From: Alphaproteobacteria bacterium
GTDB taxonomy: Bacteria > Pseudomonadota > Alphaproteobacteria > SP197
Length of the DNA: 64,000 nucleotides
NCBI GenBank assembly: GCA_964291265.2
Contig: OZ219747.1
Location: 608,001-672,000 of the forward strand
Direction: 5' to 3'
The notes under the pieces are model-generated. The model made no database searches. It was not told where the DNA came from and saw nothing but the letters and a program-made list of their open reading frames with translations. Made by a program: the position numbers and the translations under genes. Positions 39,248 through 53,095 of the stretch are shown piece by piece. Numbering within the stretch: position 1 is the stretch's first letter; every line of letters starts with the position of its first letter.

Positions 39248-40675
39248 ATGGCCCCGAGGCAGCTGAAGCGCACGGCCCTCGTCGAGGACCAGTGGAAACG
39301 CGTGCGCTCGCGGTTGAGGGCCGAGCTGGGGGAAGCGGCCTTCAGAACGTGGCTGCGGCCTCTCACACTCGACGGGGTGTCGGGGACCAAGGTCGTGCTG
39401 CGAGTGCCGGGCGACAACATGAAGAAGTGGGTCATGTCGCGCTGTGGCGAGCGCCTGCGTGACCTGTGGTGCGGCGAAAGCGACGAGATCACCGATATCG
39501 CCATTGCGGTCGGCGTTCCCGAACGCCGCGCCAAGACGCGGGAAATCCGGCCCGTGCAGCGCCATCCCGGGGCCGCCGACGGCGCGGCGCGGGCGTCGGG
39601 GGACGTGGCCGGCGCCGCGACCCAGCTCAATCCGCGGTTCACCTTCGAGAACTTCGTGGTCGGCGAGACCAATCACTTCGCCCATCGGGCTGCCATGGAC
39701 GTCGCTGACAGCAACCGGGTTTCCTACAACCCGCTGTATCTCTACGGCAGCGTCGGACTGGGCAAGACCCATCTCATGAATGCCATCGCCTGGCGGATCC
39801 GCACGCAACGGCCGGAACGACAGGGCCTCTTCATGTCGGCCGAGAAATTCATGACCCGCTTCGTGCACGCCCTTCGTTTCAAGGACACGATGGCCTTCAA
39901 GAACGAGTTCAGGTCGGTGGATGTCCTGATGATCGACGACATCCAGTTCATTGCCGACAAGGCATCCACGCAGGAGGAGTTCCTTCACACCTTCAATGCC
40001 CTTGCCGACCTCAACCGGCAGATCGTGATCACCGCTGACCGGGCGCCATCGAATCTCGAGGGGATCGACGAGCGTCTGCGGTCCCGCCTCAACGGTGGCG
40101 TCGTGGCCCTGCTCCGTCCTGCCGACTACGCCTTGCGTCTTGACATCCTGAAGAACAAGCTGGTTCACAGCATCGGCGAGAAGCGGCCCGGCATTGACCC
40201 GCAAGACGTGGTGCCGGCAAATGTGCTGGAGTTCCTGGCCACCACCATCACCTCCAACGTCCGTGAACTCGAGGGAGCTCTCAACCGGGTTGTGGCCCAC
40301 GTCCATATGGTGGAGCAGCCGGTGACCCTCGACTCGACCCGCGAGCTGCTGCGTGACCTGTTGCGTGCCCAGGAACGGCGGGTGACGGTGGAGGAGATCC
40401 AGAAGATGGTGGCCGACCATTTCAACCTGCGCCTGGCGGACATGTTGTCGAGCCGCAAGGAGAGGGCCATCGCCAGGCCGCGTCAGGTCGCCATGTATCT
40501 CGTCAAGCGCCTGACCAACCGCAGCCTGCCTGAAATCGGCCGCAGGTTTGGCGGCCGCGACCATACGACAGTCATGCACGGTGTGCGCAAGATCGAGGAG
40601 CTCAAGGCGAAGGACCCGGCCCTGGCCGAGGATGTCGAAACTCTCGAGCATCTGCTTGGCCAGCCTTGCCGTTAG
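39248..40675 (+). CDS. dnaA: Chromosomal replication initiator
   Basis: FTFENFVVG, YNPLYLYGSVGLGKTHL, IDDIQF, RELEGAL, SLPEIGRRFGGRDHTTV. Confidence 0.98.
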   Translation: MAPRQLKRTALVEDQWKRVRSRLRAELGEAAFRTWLRPLTLDGVSGTKVVLRVPGDNMKKWVMSRCGERLRDLWCGESDEITDIAIAVGVPERRAKTREIRPVQRHPGAADGAARASGDVAGAATQLNPRFTFENFVVGETNHFAHRAAMDVADSNRVSYNPLYLYGSVGLGKTHLMNAIAWRIRTQRPERQGLFMSAEKFMTRFVHALRFKDTMAFKNEFRSVDVLMIDDIQFIADKASTQEEFLHTFNALADLNRQIVITADRAPSNLEGIDERLRSRLNGGVVALLRPADYALRLDILKNKLVHSIGEKRPGIDPQDVVPANVLEFLATTITSNVRELEGALNRVVAHVHMVEQPVTLDSTRELLRDLLRAQERRVTVEEIQKMVADHFNLRLADMLSSRKERAIARPRQVAMYLVKRLTNRSLPEIGRRFGGRDHTTVMHGVRKIEELKAKDPALAEDVETLEHLLGQPCR

Positions 40676-40783
40676 ACGGCAAGGGTGTGGCGCAGGCATG
40701 CCGCTTCCTGCTAGATTGGCATGACATGCCAGCCGGCGGTGCCCGCACCTCGGTCGGCGTTTACCTGCCAGGGATGCTGGTCC

Positions 40784-41905
40784 ATGAAACTTGTTGTTGA
40801 ACGTGGCGCCCTGATGACGGCACTGACGCACGCCAACAGTGTTGTCGAACGGCGCAGCACGATCCCCGTTCTTGCCAATGTCAGACTCGACGCGGACAAG
40901 CAGGAGCTCCGTCTCACCGCCACCGACATGGACCTCGAGGTGGTGCAGAACATCGCCGCCGACGTCAGTGCACCCGGTACCACGACGGCGTCAGCGGCCC
41001 TGCTCCAGAACATCTGCCGCACCCTCCCCGACGGCGCCCAGGTGGAGTTCGAGCGCGATCAGGAAAGCGGGCGTCTGTCGATCCGTTGCGGACCCACGCA
41101 GTTCGCGTTCGCCTGCCTGCCGCCCGAGGATTTCCCCCTGATGACGGCAACCGCCTTCAGCCACGGGTTTTCGCTTCCGGCCGCGGAACTGCGGCGTCTC
41201 CTCGACCGCACGCATTTCGCCGCGCTCGTGGAGGGCGCCCGGGAGAACCTTCAGGGCGTCTTCTTCCACGCGACATCAGGCGACAGCGGCCCCGCGCTGC
41301 GCGTCGTCGCCACGGACGGCCACCGGCTCGCCAGGGTGGATGCCGAGCAGCCCGAGGGCGCCGACGGCATGCCGGGAATCATTGTCCCCAACAAGACCAT
41401 CCATGTGCTGCGCAGCCTGATCGACACTGCCGATGGGGACATCGACATCGAAGTGGCGGAACGCAAGGTGAGTTTCCGTTCCGGCGCCATCCAGATGACG
41501 TCCAAACTCATCGACGGCACCTATCCGGACTACGAGAAAGTGATTCCCGACGACAACGACAGGATCATGAAGGTCTCGAGGGACACGTTCGTGAGGGCGA
41601 CCGCCCGCATGTCCGTGATCACCACCACGGACAAGGGACGGCCCGTCAAGCTGGACATCTCGAGCGGACGCCTGCAGGTGTCCGCCAGCAATCTCGAAGG
41701 GGTCACCGGAGAGGAGGAAATGGAGGTCGATTACGAGGGACCGTCCATGACAATCGGCTTCAATGCACGCTATATTTCTGAAATGGCAAAGAATTTCGAT
41801 GGCGACCTCATGCTGATCATCATGTCCCGCGGCTCGTCGCCGGCCATCGTTCGGGATGCCGACGACAACCGGACGCTCTATGTCCTGATGCCGCTCAGGG
41901 TCTAG
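40784..41905 (+). CDS. dnaN: DNA polymerase III beta clamp
   Basis: TIPVLANV, ATDMDLE, VATDGHRL, KLIDGTYPDY, VLMPLRV. Confidence 0.97.
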   Translation: MKLVVERGALMTALTHANSVVERRSTIPVLANVRLDADKQELRLTATDMDLEVVQNIAADVSAPGTTTASAALLQNICRTLPDGAQVEFERDQESGRLSIRCGPTQFAFACLPPEDFPLMTATAFSHGFSLPAAELRRLLDRTHFAALVEGARENLQGVFFHATSGDSGPALRVVATDGHRLARVDAEQPEGADGMPGIIVPNKTIHVLRSLIDTADGDIDIEVAERKVSFRSGAIQMTSKLIDGTYPDYEKVIPDDNDRIMKVSRDTFVRATARMSVITTTDKGRPVKLDISSGRLQVSASNLEGVTGEEEMEVDYEGPSMTIGFNARYISEMAKNFDGDLMLIIMSRGSSPAIVRDADDNRTLYVLMPLRV

Positions 41906-41916
41906 GCACGGCGACG

Positions 41917-45497
<3,581 letters not shown>

Positions 45498-45519
45498 ACC
45501 GGGCATGGCCTGACCCGAC

Positions 45520-47418
45520 ATGAAGAAGCGCCGTCCCCTGCGCATGATCGTTCCCGTCCTGCGCTGGACCATCATCGCCACCATCTGGATCTCGCTCGTC
45601 GCCGGTGGGCTTGTCGGCTGGTACGCCCTCGATCTTCCCGATCCCGGCCGCCTCGTCAGCGACCGCGCACCCTCGGTGACCATTCTGGATTCCAGCGACG
45701 GAATTCTCGCAACCTACGGCGACTTTCGCGGCGAGATCGTTCCCTTTGACCGTCTGCCGCCGGATCTCGTGGCAGCTGTCATCGCCACCGAGGATCGCCG
45801 CTTCTTCAGCCATGGCGGCATGGACATCTTCGGCGTTCTGCGCGCCATCATCGTCAACCTGCGCGCCGGGGAGGTGGTCCAGGGCGGCAGCACCATCACC
45901 CAGCAGGTCATCAAGAACGTCTTTCTGACACCGGAACGCTCCCTCAAGCGCAAGGTTCAGGAAGTGCTGCTCGCCTTCTGGCTGGAACGGAAGTTCGCCA
46001 AGGAGGAGATCCTCGCCATCTACCTCAACCGGGTCTATTTCGGGGCCGGCGCCTTTGGCATCGCCGCCGCTTCGCATCGCTATTTCGGCAAGAAGGCGGG
46101 GGATCTTTCCCTGGGTGAATCGGCCATGATCGCCGGTCTCCTGAAGGCGCCTTCGCGCGACAACCCCTTCAACGACCCCGGCCGGGCCCTTGTCCGGACC
46201 ATCACCGTCATCGACAGCATGGTGGATGCCGGTTTCATCGACCGGGAACGTGCCGGACGGGCGAAGGCGACCCCCCTGATCCTGGCCATGGACAGCAATA
46301 CCGGTAGGGATGCGCGCTATGCCACCGACTGGGTGACGGCACGGGCGTCCGAGTACATCGGTGTGGCAACCCGCAACCTCATCATCTCGACGACCATCGA
46401 CGCAACGCTCCAGGAGAAGGCCGGCAACGCGCTTGTCTCCCGGCTCGCCGAAGGCGGGCCGGAAACCGTTGCCGAAGGCGCCATCGTCTCCATGGCCCCC
46501 GACGGCGCCGTACTCGCCATGGTCGGCGGCTCGGGATACGGTCACACGCAGTTCAATCGCGCCGTCCACGCCTACCGGCAACCGGGCTCGGCCTTCAAGC
46601 TCTTCGTCTATCTGGCAGCCCTTGAAGCCGGCTGGCAGCCCGACACCGGCGTGGAGGACCGCCCGGTGACGATCAACGGCTGGAGTCCGGGCAACTTCCG
46701 TGATCGCTACGAAGGCGCCATGACGCTCGCCGATGCCTTCGCCGGTTCGGTCAACACGGTGTCGGCCGCCATCGCCTGGAAGGTCGGCATTGCGAACGTC
46801 ATCGAGGTCGCGCATCGCCTCGGCATCGACAGGGAATTCCCGGAGATCCCGAGTCTTGCGCTGGGAACGACGGAACTCAGTCTCCTCGAACTGACCGGAG
46901 CCTACGGCACCATGGCCAACCAGGGCCTCGCCACCTGGCCCTGGGTGATCCGGGAAATCCGTACCTCGTCGGGCGAGGTTCTCTACCGGCGCCACGACCT
47001 CGCCGCACCCCGCCTCATCGAACCGGCCGTCCACGCCCGGATGACGGCGATGCTCGGCAGGGTCATGGAAGACGGCACCGGCCGGGCGGCGCGGATCGCC
47101 TGGCCGGCCGGGGGCAAGACCGGCACCAGCCAGGATTTCCGCGATGCCTGGTTCATCGGATTCACCCGTCAGTACGTGACAGGCGTATGGGTGGGAAACG
47201 ACGACGGAAGCCCGACCGGCAAGGTCACCGGCGGTGGCCTGCCGGCCCGCATCTGGGCCGACTACATGACCGAGGCCCTCGCAGGGGAGCCCTCCCTGAA
47301 GCTCGTCGATCACGCACCCCCAGCCGCGACCGACGATTTCACGGACTTCGTCAGCGACCTCCTCGGCGACCTCACCGGCGACAGCCCCCCCTCCCGCCAG
47401 AGAGGGCCCGAGTGGTAG
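45520..47418 (+). CDS. Class A penicillin-binding protein (PBP1A family)
   Basis: Transglycosylase EDRRF, QGGSTITQQ, RKVQE; transpeptidase SAFK, SVN, KTGT. Confidence 0.94.
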   Translation: MKKRRPLRMIVPVLRWTIIATIWISLVAGGLVGWYALDLPDPGRLVSDRAPSVTILDSSDGILATYGDFRGEIVPFDRLPPDLVAAVIATEDRRFFSHGGMDIFGVLRAIIVNLRAGEVVQGGSTITQQVIKNVFLTPERSLKRKVQEVLLAFWLERKFAKEEILAIYLNRVYFGAGAFGIAAASHRYFGKKAGDLSLGESAMIAGLLKAPSRDNPFNDPGRALVRTITVIDSMVDAGFIDRERAGRAKATPLILAMDSNTGRDARYATDWVTARASEYIGVATRNLIISTTIDATLQEKAGNALVSRLAEGGPETVAEGAIVSMAPDGAVLAMVGGSGYGHTQFNRAVHAYRQPGSAFKLFVYLAALEAGWQPDTGVEDRPVTINGWSPGNFRDRYEGAMTLADAFAGSVNTVSAAIAWKVGIANVIEVAHRLGIDREFPEIPSLALGTTELSLLELTGAYGTMANQGLATWPWVIREIRTSSGEVLYRRHDLAAPRLIEPAVHARMTAMLGRVMEDGTGRAARIAWPAGGKTGTSQDFRDAWFIGFTRQYVTGVWVGNDDGSPTGKVTGGGLPARIWADYMTEALAGEPSLKLVDHAPPAATDDFTDFVSDLLGDLTGDSPPSRQRGPEW

Positions 47419-47883
47419 GACTTGACCGCTCTCCCGCCTTGTCGGGCGGGCCTCGACCTCGGACGGGGAGATGTCCGGGAGTTTCCAGATGGACCGGGCA
47501 GACTTCCATGCGCTTGCTGTTCGACATGGCCGCACCGTCGCACATCCAGCGCAGGATGGTCAGAAAAACCGTCCTCAAGCACGCGTGCAACGCAAGAAGG
47601 CCCGACGTCGAGAGGAATCACGCGATTCCAGCGCGGAATCGTCCTGGTCGACATTGCGCCATTTCGAACCATTGCTTGTTCGGCGCGATCTTCAGACCCC
47701 TGTGTGCGCCAGTCTTGGAGTATGCAGTGCAACCCAGTCGCCGGGCCAGGGTTGGGTCTTATCAAGGATGGCGCCTGCCACGCATACGACGTTCTTGGTA
47801 ACGCTTCCGACTGGTGATTTCGCCTTCTCCGGGCGCACTGCGCCATGCGTCGACCCCCACATTCTCGCAGTCAGACTGTCATG

Positions 47884-48543
47884 TCATGCCGTTCCCCGCG
47901 CCCGACAATCCGCTTTTCTGATGGCTCTGGTCAAGTCACCCACGGTCGTGGAAGGGCGTCCGTGCGGCGCACCTTCGTCTTCCCGACGCCGATGCAGCTC
48001 GTCTCCCCTTTTTTCCGCATCGATCACCCGGGCCACCATTTCCTCGCAATCCGGCACCTTGGCTCCCGATGCATGGTACTCGGGCCGCAACTGCTGCAGT
48101 TTCCTTTGCACATCATGGCGGTCGTCCGGTCGATCAAAGTCCTGCTCGTGCAGGATCAGCCAGACCTCGAAGCATGGATTTGATCTGGCGACCCCTATGC
48201 CGTTGGATTCACAAACCTTGACGGCCTCTTCATGTCTTTCGTGTTCGTCCCTATCGAATACGGCCCACACCTCGTCACCTTCTTCAAACAGATTCCGCTG
48301 CCGCCTAGCGCCTTGCCTCGACCTCTCCGATCTCGCAAACTCAACCGCCTTCCGGGCAACAGTAATCGGCGTCCCCACTCCACTACGGCTTTCGACCGAA
48401 ATCAGCGCACCTGTCCAAGCCTTCCTGACCGCAGCAAAATAGGCAGGCTCCGTATTCCTCCCTTCGCAAAATAGGGTAAATCGCACCTTGGGTTCTCTTC
48501 TCGGACCGCGCCTTCCAATACGCCCGGTTCGACGCCTTGCCAT
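47884..48543 (-). CDS. RloB-family protein (AbiLii-like)
   Basis: FCEGRNTEPAYF, VWAVFDRD, SNPCFEVWLILH, PSTTVGDL. Confidence 0.9.
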   Translation of the reverse strand: MARRRTGRIGRRGPRREPKVRFTLFCEGRNTEPAYFAAVRKAWTGALISVESRSGVGTPITVARKAVEFARSERSRQGARRQRNLFEEGDEVWAVFDRDEHERHEEAVKVCESNGIGVARSNPCFEVWLILHEQDFDRPDDRHDVQRKLQQLRPEYHASGAKVPDCEEMVARVIDAEKRGDELHRRREDEGAPHGRPSTTVGDLTRAIRKADCRARGTA

Positions 48544-48548
48544 CCTGA

Positions 48549-49823
48549 TCAGGACTCGCACAATGCGGCAACGGGATCACTCCCCGGCATGGCTCCGTAG
48601 CGTCCCTGCAGGTACCCCAATTCGACATTGTCCCCCTTCCGCGTCCGGATATCCGTCAGCGGATATATGACTGTCGCCCCTTCATCACTCTTCTCTGCAA
48701 ACCAGAGTTGATCTCGTCGGAGCATATGAGACTTCATCAAGTTGGTATCATGCGTGGTGGCGACGAGTTGCGCACCGTTGCGATTCACCTTCGGCGAACA
48801 AAAGAGCTTCAGTACGGCTTCGCACGCATGGGTGTGCAAGCTGACGTCCAGTTCATCGATGAGAATCGGCAGTCCCGCATCGATGGCCTTGAATGTCTGA
48901 TCAAGTATGACCAGCAACCTTCGCGTGCCTGCACTCTCCAGATCCAGATCGAGATGCACCACGCCCCCGTCCTTTCCACGGTGGGCAAGTTCAAATGTCT
49001 CGAACTCATCCTCCCCATCCAACGAAAACTTGATCGCGCCGGCAGAAAACTTTTCCAGCACCGTGTGGAGTTCGCGATATATGGCACGGGCTGTCTCCGG
49101 GACATCGAACTTCTTCCTTTGGTATCCAACCACTCCTGTATTGATCGTCTGCAGGAACTCGATGACACGTTCATCAATGCCGTCTCCCATGACGTGGGAT
49201 GACGCTTCAATACCCGGCACGGATACCGGACCGGAGAACACGATACTCTGAAAATAGCCATAAATTCGGGACAGCAACTCGTGCCCGTTTTGCGCAGCTG
49301 CCGATAGAAACAGGCTGTTCGAACGTGTCAGTCTGGCGATGGCGTGATTCTGTCCTTTCAGCCAACGCCCAAAGTCGAATGTCTGGTCCACCCGCTCATA
49401 CAGTTTTCTGCGGTGTGCCTTCGGAATCTCATACAACCACTCCGACGTAAACGCCTCGTCGCTTACCGTGAATCCATAGTGATAGCGGATGTCATCAAGG
49501 AGAAAATCGATTTCGAAGCATGATGGTCTTTGGGAGAAGCTCGGATCGAGCAGGAATGCACGACGCGGCGCACCGCCACCAGGCTTGCCCATGGTCTGCG
49601 ACCACAGGACCATGCCCTTCATGGTCGATACGGCATTGACGAAGTTCGACTTGCCAGACGCATTCGCGCCGTAGATCACGACAGCCGGAACAACCGCCCT
49701 GCTGCCCACGGCCGCGCATGGAATCAGGCCATCGCCTCGATCCTTCAGCGATGACGCCGCGAACGAGAGCTCTTGCCTGTCACGGATCGAAAGGTGGTTC
49801 TCGACGGCGAAGCGCAATAGCAT
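48549..49823 (-). CDS. AAA_21-type ATPase (RloA/AbiLi-like)
   Basis: IYGANASGKSN, ESAGTRR, IDELDVSLH, AQLVATTHD, LRRDQLWF.EK, YLQGRYGA. Confidence 0.9.
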   Translation of the reverse strand: MLLRFAVENHLSIRDRQELSFAASSLKDRGDGLIPCAAVGSRAVVPAVVIYGANASGKSNFVNAVSTMKGMVLWSQTMGKPGGGAPRRAFLLDPSFSQRPSCFEIDFLLDDIRYHYGFTVSDEAFTSEWLYEIPKAHRRKLYERVDQTFDFGRWLKGQNHAIARLTRSNSLFLSAAAQNGHELLSRIYGYFQSIVFSGPVSVPGIEASSHVMGDGIDERVIEFLQTINTGVVGYQRKKFDVPETARAIYRELHTVLEKFSAGAIKFSLDGEDEFETFELAHRGKDGGVVHLDLDLESAGTRRLLVILDQTFKAIDAGLPILIDELDVSLHTHACEAVLKLFCSPKVNRNGAQLVATTHDTNLMKSHMLRRDQLWFAEKSDEGATVIYPLTDIRTRKGDNVELGYLQGRYGAMPGSDPVAALCES

Positions 49824-50452
49824 CCGTCTGGAGTCCTCATTCTGGTTGGCACCTGGTATAGTTATGGTCTTGCGTGCGTGATTTCTGCAAAGTCCTGCCT
49901 ATTCTGCATTCCTGTTGTCCACCGTCAACCGTGCGGTACCGCGCTCATCACTGCCCGGACCGGCTCTTGCCAGCCCTGCTCGGGCCATTCGAACTCTCTT
50001 GAGTCATGGCTGCCCTGTGCTCCCTTCTGCCCCTGTCGGCGATTGCGGGCACGCGCATCGGCTTCAACGCATCCAGTTCGCCCGTGCAGTCCAACCGGCG
50101 TGTGGTGTTGCAGTCGGAGAGCAACAGGTCGCTGTCGTTAGTGGTGCGGAATGACGCTGGGCTGGTTTGAGCGATGCGATGTTAAGAGAAGTGTTCTGGT
50201 CGTGGTCGCAGGAGTGCCTGCGCGTCACGTTGGCATGCTGACGCATGCTGACGAGTTGAAACCGCTGTGCGCCGATCTCGAAGACAGCAACCGGGAGTTC
50301 TGGAGATCGCTCGACATGCCCCTCCATCAGGATTGTCACGTTTTCGTCTCGGCATCGGAGCATGGCTTCGTGTCGCTCCTGATGTGGTCGGGAGACCGTG
50401 CGGATGGCATGGCTGAAGGGGAGGGCAGCCGGTGGATCAGTCTCCGGTGAGG

Positions 50453-50588
50453 CCGAGAACGTTCTCCATGCCGTAGAGTCTTGCGGGGGGCTGTGATGGG
50501 CCACGAAGATGCCCCGATCGCTGGCCGGCCGGGGGCAAGACCGGCGCCAGCCAGGATTTCCGCGATGCCTGGTTCATCGAGTTCACCC
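50453..50588 (+). repeat. Chimeric junction: dapB 3' fragment fused to internal pbp fragment
   Basis: 50453-50526 matches 60904-61002 with small deletions; 50516-50588 matches 47094-47167; shared gatcgc(c)tggcc at the joint. Confidence 0.9.
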
Positions 50589-50910
50589 ATGGCTCTCCAT
50601 CCCGAACCCTGGATCCCACATCCTCGCCAACATGCGACGCCGACTGTCCGATGAGGGGACCAGACGCTACAACACCACCCCGGTCCTCATCGCAACCTGC
50701 GTCCAGACACCGCGCTACACAGGCGCCGTCTACAAGGCGTCGGGATGGATCCGTGTCGCAACCACCAAGGGACGCGGACGCTGCGATACGCACAACAAGC
50801 ACGGCAAACCGAAAAAGGACATCTGGCTCAGACCTCTGGGCAAGCATCCCTGGAAACGCATCCTCCAGCGGTGACAATCGCTTAGCAATCACCTCGTGAC
50901 CGAACGCCTG
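50588..50910 (+). pseudogene. DUF4338 C-terminal fragment ending in degenerate IS66-type terminus
   Basis: PWLSIPNPGSHILA..RYNTTPVLI.T.V.TPRYTGAVYKASGWIRV.TTKGRGR..KDIWLRPL; cacctcgtgaccgaacgcctgc. Confidence 0.78.
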
Positions 50911-50999
50911 CCTTCGACCCAGGAGCGACGCTTGCGACGCGGACGGTGTAAACCCCGGCGTTCCTCATGATCGTGCCAGAGCCTCCGGAATTGAGCGTG

Positions 51000-51156
51000 G
51001 CCAAGCGCGTTGCGCCACTCCTCGCGCTCGCACAGTCCCCGCGCCAGGGACGAGCGTGTGCTGCTCTCGCCAACCGCCGCCGCCTTCAGCCAGTCAACCG
51101 TCGTCGCAGACAGATGTCGAAAGCCGATCCTCATGGACCACTATGTAAGGCCTCAT
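51000..51156 (-). mobile_element. Left-end remnant of an IS4-like element with N-terminal gene fragment
   Basis: MRIGFRHLSATTVDWL..TRSSLARGLCEREEWRNALG preceded by tgaggccttacatag; assignment by resemblance only. Confidence 0.5.
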
Positions 51157-51199
51157 GAACGGCGAGTTAAACATGTCATTTGACAGGACGGTACCTGGG

Positions 51200-51989
51200 A
51201 TCGGAGCGCACGAGGTGCCGCATCCTCTCCGCCCGGCAGCCGGTGCGGGAACGGCGCAACCCGCTCACCCACCCACGCTACGCCACGCCCGAACTCATCG
51301 CCCGCGCCCCGAACCCGGTCGGGGCCTAGGACCGCACACGGCTGCTCGGGCCGAAGACCGGGTCTTCCTTCTACCTCTACGTGCTGCTCGACCTCTTCCG
51401 CCGCTACGGGGTGGGATAGAGGGTCGCCGAACGCGAGAGTGCTGCGCGGACCCGCCGGCGGATCGAAGAATCGTGTCTCAAGCAGGGGATCCAGCCCCGG
51501 GTGCGGACCCTGCACTCCGACCGCGGCGCCCCCATGACCCGCTAGTGCACCGCACAACTCCTCGCTCCGCTCGGCATCACCCGCTTGCTCAGTCGCCCCA
51601 GGGTCCGCGACGACCACCCCTTCTCGGAGGCACCGTTCAAGACCTTGAAATCCCACCCCGGGTTCCCCGGGCGCTTCCCGGACCGGACTGCCGCGATCGC
51701 CTTCTGTCGATCCTTCTTCCCTTGGTACCCCACCGAACATCGCCATGCCGGCCTCGCGATGCTCACCCCTGACGAGGTCCACCACGCCCGCGCCCGACGC
51801 CGGATCGAGCCACGCCGACGCACCCTGGGCCGAGCCTGGGGGCGGCGCCCGGAGCGATTCGTCCGGGGGAGACCAACACCGCAGACGCTCCCCGAAACGG
51901 TCGGGATCCACCCGCCGAAGGTTACCGCTACCGTGGGAGATGCTCAGTACGGGACAATCTTTGCGGTCTCAATGGCGTTGACAGGTTCC
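51200..51989 (+). pseudogene. IS3-family integrase-core transposase remnant with right end
   Basis: Degraded RERRN..PELIARAPN.V...D.T, YLYVLLD.F.RY, LHSDRGAPMT, SRPRV.DD.PFSEA.FKTLK; end gtctcaatggcgttgacaggttccg. Confidence 0.85.
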
Positions 51990-52226
51990 GCGGCTCTATC
52001 CGCACGCTCACCATCGACGCCAAGGTCCGGGGCATTCCGCGTCCTTGTCGGCAACGCCCACATCGGTGAAGCCTGGGATGCCCGGGCAAATGACGACAAC
52101 CCGAAATACTATCACCGCGTCCGTCTCGACGACCCAAGCCTTTCCAAGCCCTTCACCGCCGCCCTATTCCCCTCCGAGGAAGGGGATCGGGCGCAGCTCT
52201 TCTGGAACAGGCGACGGGAGGGATGA
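51990..52226 (+). pseudogene. DUF736 family fragment
   Basis: GSIRTLTIDAKVR then other frame FRVLVGNAHIGEAW..VRLDDPS..PFTAALF..QLFWNR. Confidence 0.75.
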
Positions 52227-52257
52227 GCCGTTCTGATTTGCTCTATTCCGAAATCGT

Positions 52258-52292
52258 TCGCAAAAGACTTCAAAATATGATAGGTTTTGCGA
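52258..52292. promoter_or_regulatory. Inverted repeat upstream of abiEi (probable autoregulatory operator)
   Basis: tcgcaaaa-N19-ttttgcga enclosing a TATGAT -10-like hexamer. Confidence 0.6.
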
Positions 52293-52309
52293 TCAATTTC
52301 GGGGGCGCC

Positions 52310-53095
52310 ATGTCGGACGCTAGGAGCTACATTGACGGACTTGCCGAGCGCGGCCGGTATCATTTCACGCCGGGGGAAGCGCAGGAAGCGCTCGGCGGCA
52401 CCAAGAACGCCGTCATGCTCGCGCTGCACCGGCTTGCCCGGCAGGGGCTGGTGGCGCATCCGGCGCATGGGTTCTACGTCATTATCCCGCCCGAGTACAG
52501 GCGGCTCGGATGCCTGCCAGCCGATCAGTTCATCCCGGCGCTGATGGAACAGCTTGGCCTCGGCTACTATGTCGGGTTGCTTTCCGCCGCCCAATATCAC
52601 GGCTCCGCTCATCACCGGCCGCAGGAATTTCAGGTTGTGACGGGGAAGAAGCGATGCGGAATCGCCCGCGGTGCGATCAGGGTCGTCTTTGTCGTCCGCA
52701 AGCGCCTCGCCGATGTACCGACACAGCCCTTCAACACGCCCCGCGGCACAATCCGGGTCTCGACCGTCGAGGCCACGACGGTCGATCTCATCGGCTATCC
52801 GCATCATGTGGGCGGGCTCGAACATGCAGCGACGGTCATCGCCGAACTGGCCGAACGGATTGATCCCGAGCGACTGGTCGCGGCGGCCCGAACGGCACCC
52901 ATGCCGTGGGCACAACGGCTGGGCTATCTGCTGGACGTGGCGGGGGAGGCGGACAAGGCCGAACTCCTCAAGCGCCACGTTCAGGAGGAAGCGCGGGACA
53001 TCGCGCCGCTCATCCCTACCATGTCACGCGAGGGTGCGACGCGTGACGCCGGCTGGAAACTGGACGTCAATGCGGATGTGGAGATCGAGGTATGA
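52310..53095 (+). CDS. Type IV TA antitoxin, AbiEi family
   Basis: GRYHFT, GFYVIIPPEYR, YYVGLLSAAQYHGSAHHRPQEFQV, STVEATTVDL, QRLGYLL. Confidence 0.9.
   Translation: MSDARSYIDGLAERGRYHFTPGEAQEALGGTKNAVMLALHRLARQGLVAHPAHGFYVIIPPEYRRLGCLPADQFIPALMEQLGLGYYVGLLSAAQYHGSAHHRPQEFQVVTGKKRCGIARGAIRVVFVVRKRLADVPTQPFNTPRGTIRVSTVEATTVDLIGYPHHVGGLEHAATVIAELAERIDPERLVAAARTAPMPWAQRLGYLLDVAGEADKAELLKRHVQEEARDIAPLIPTMSREGATRDAGWKLDVNADVEIEV

Noticed and set aside
47450-47560. Degenerate DUF433/PIN remnant (DLGRGDVRE, MRLLFD)
   Set aside because: Only a few residues match
50151-50450. 99-aa ORF as a gene
   Set aside because: No motif or RBS; lies in decayed DNA
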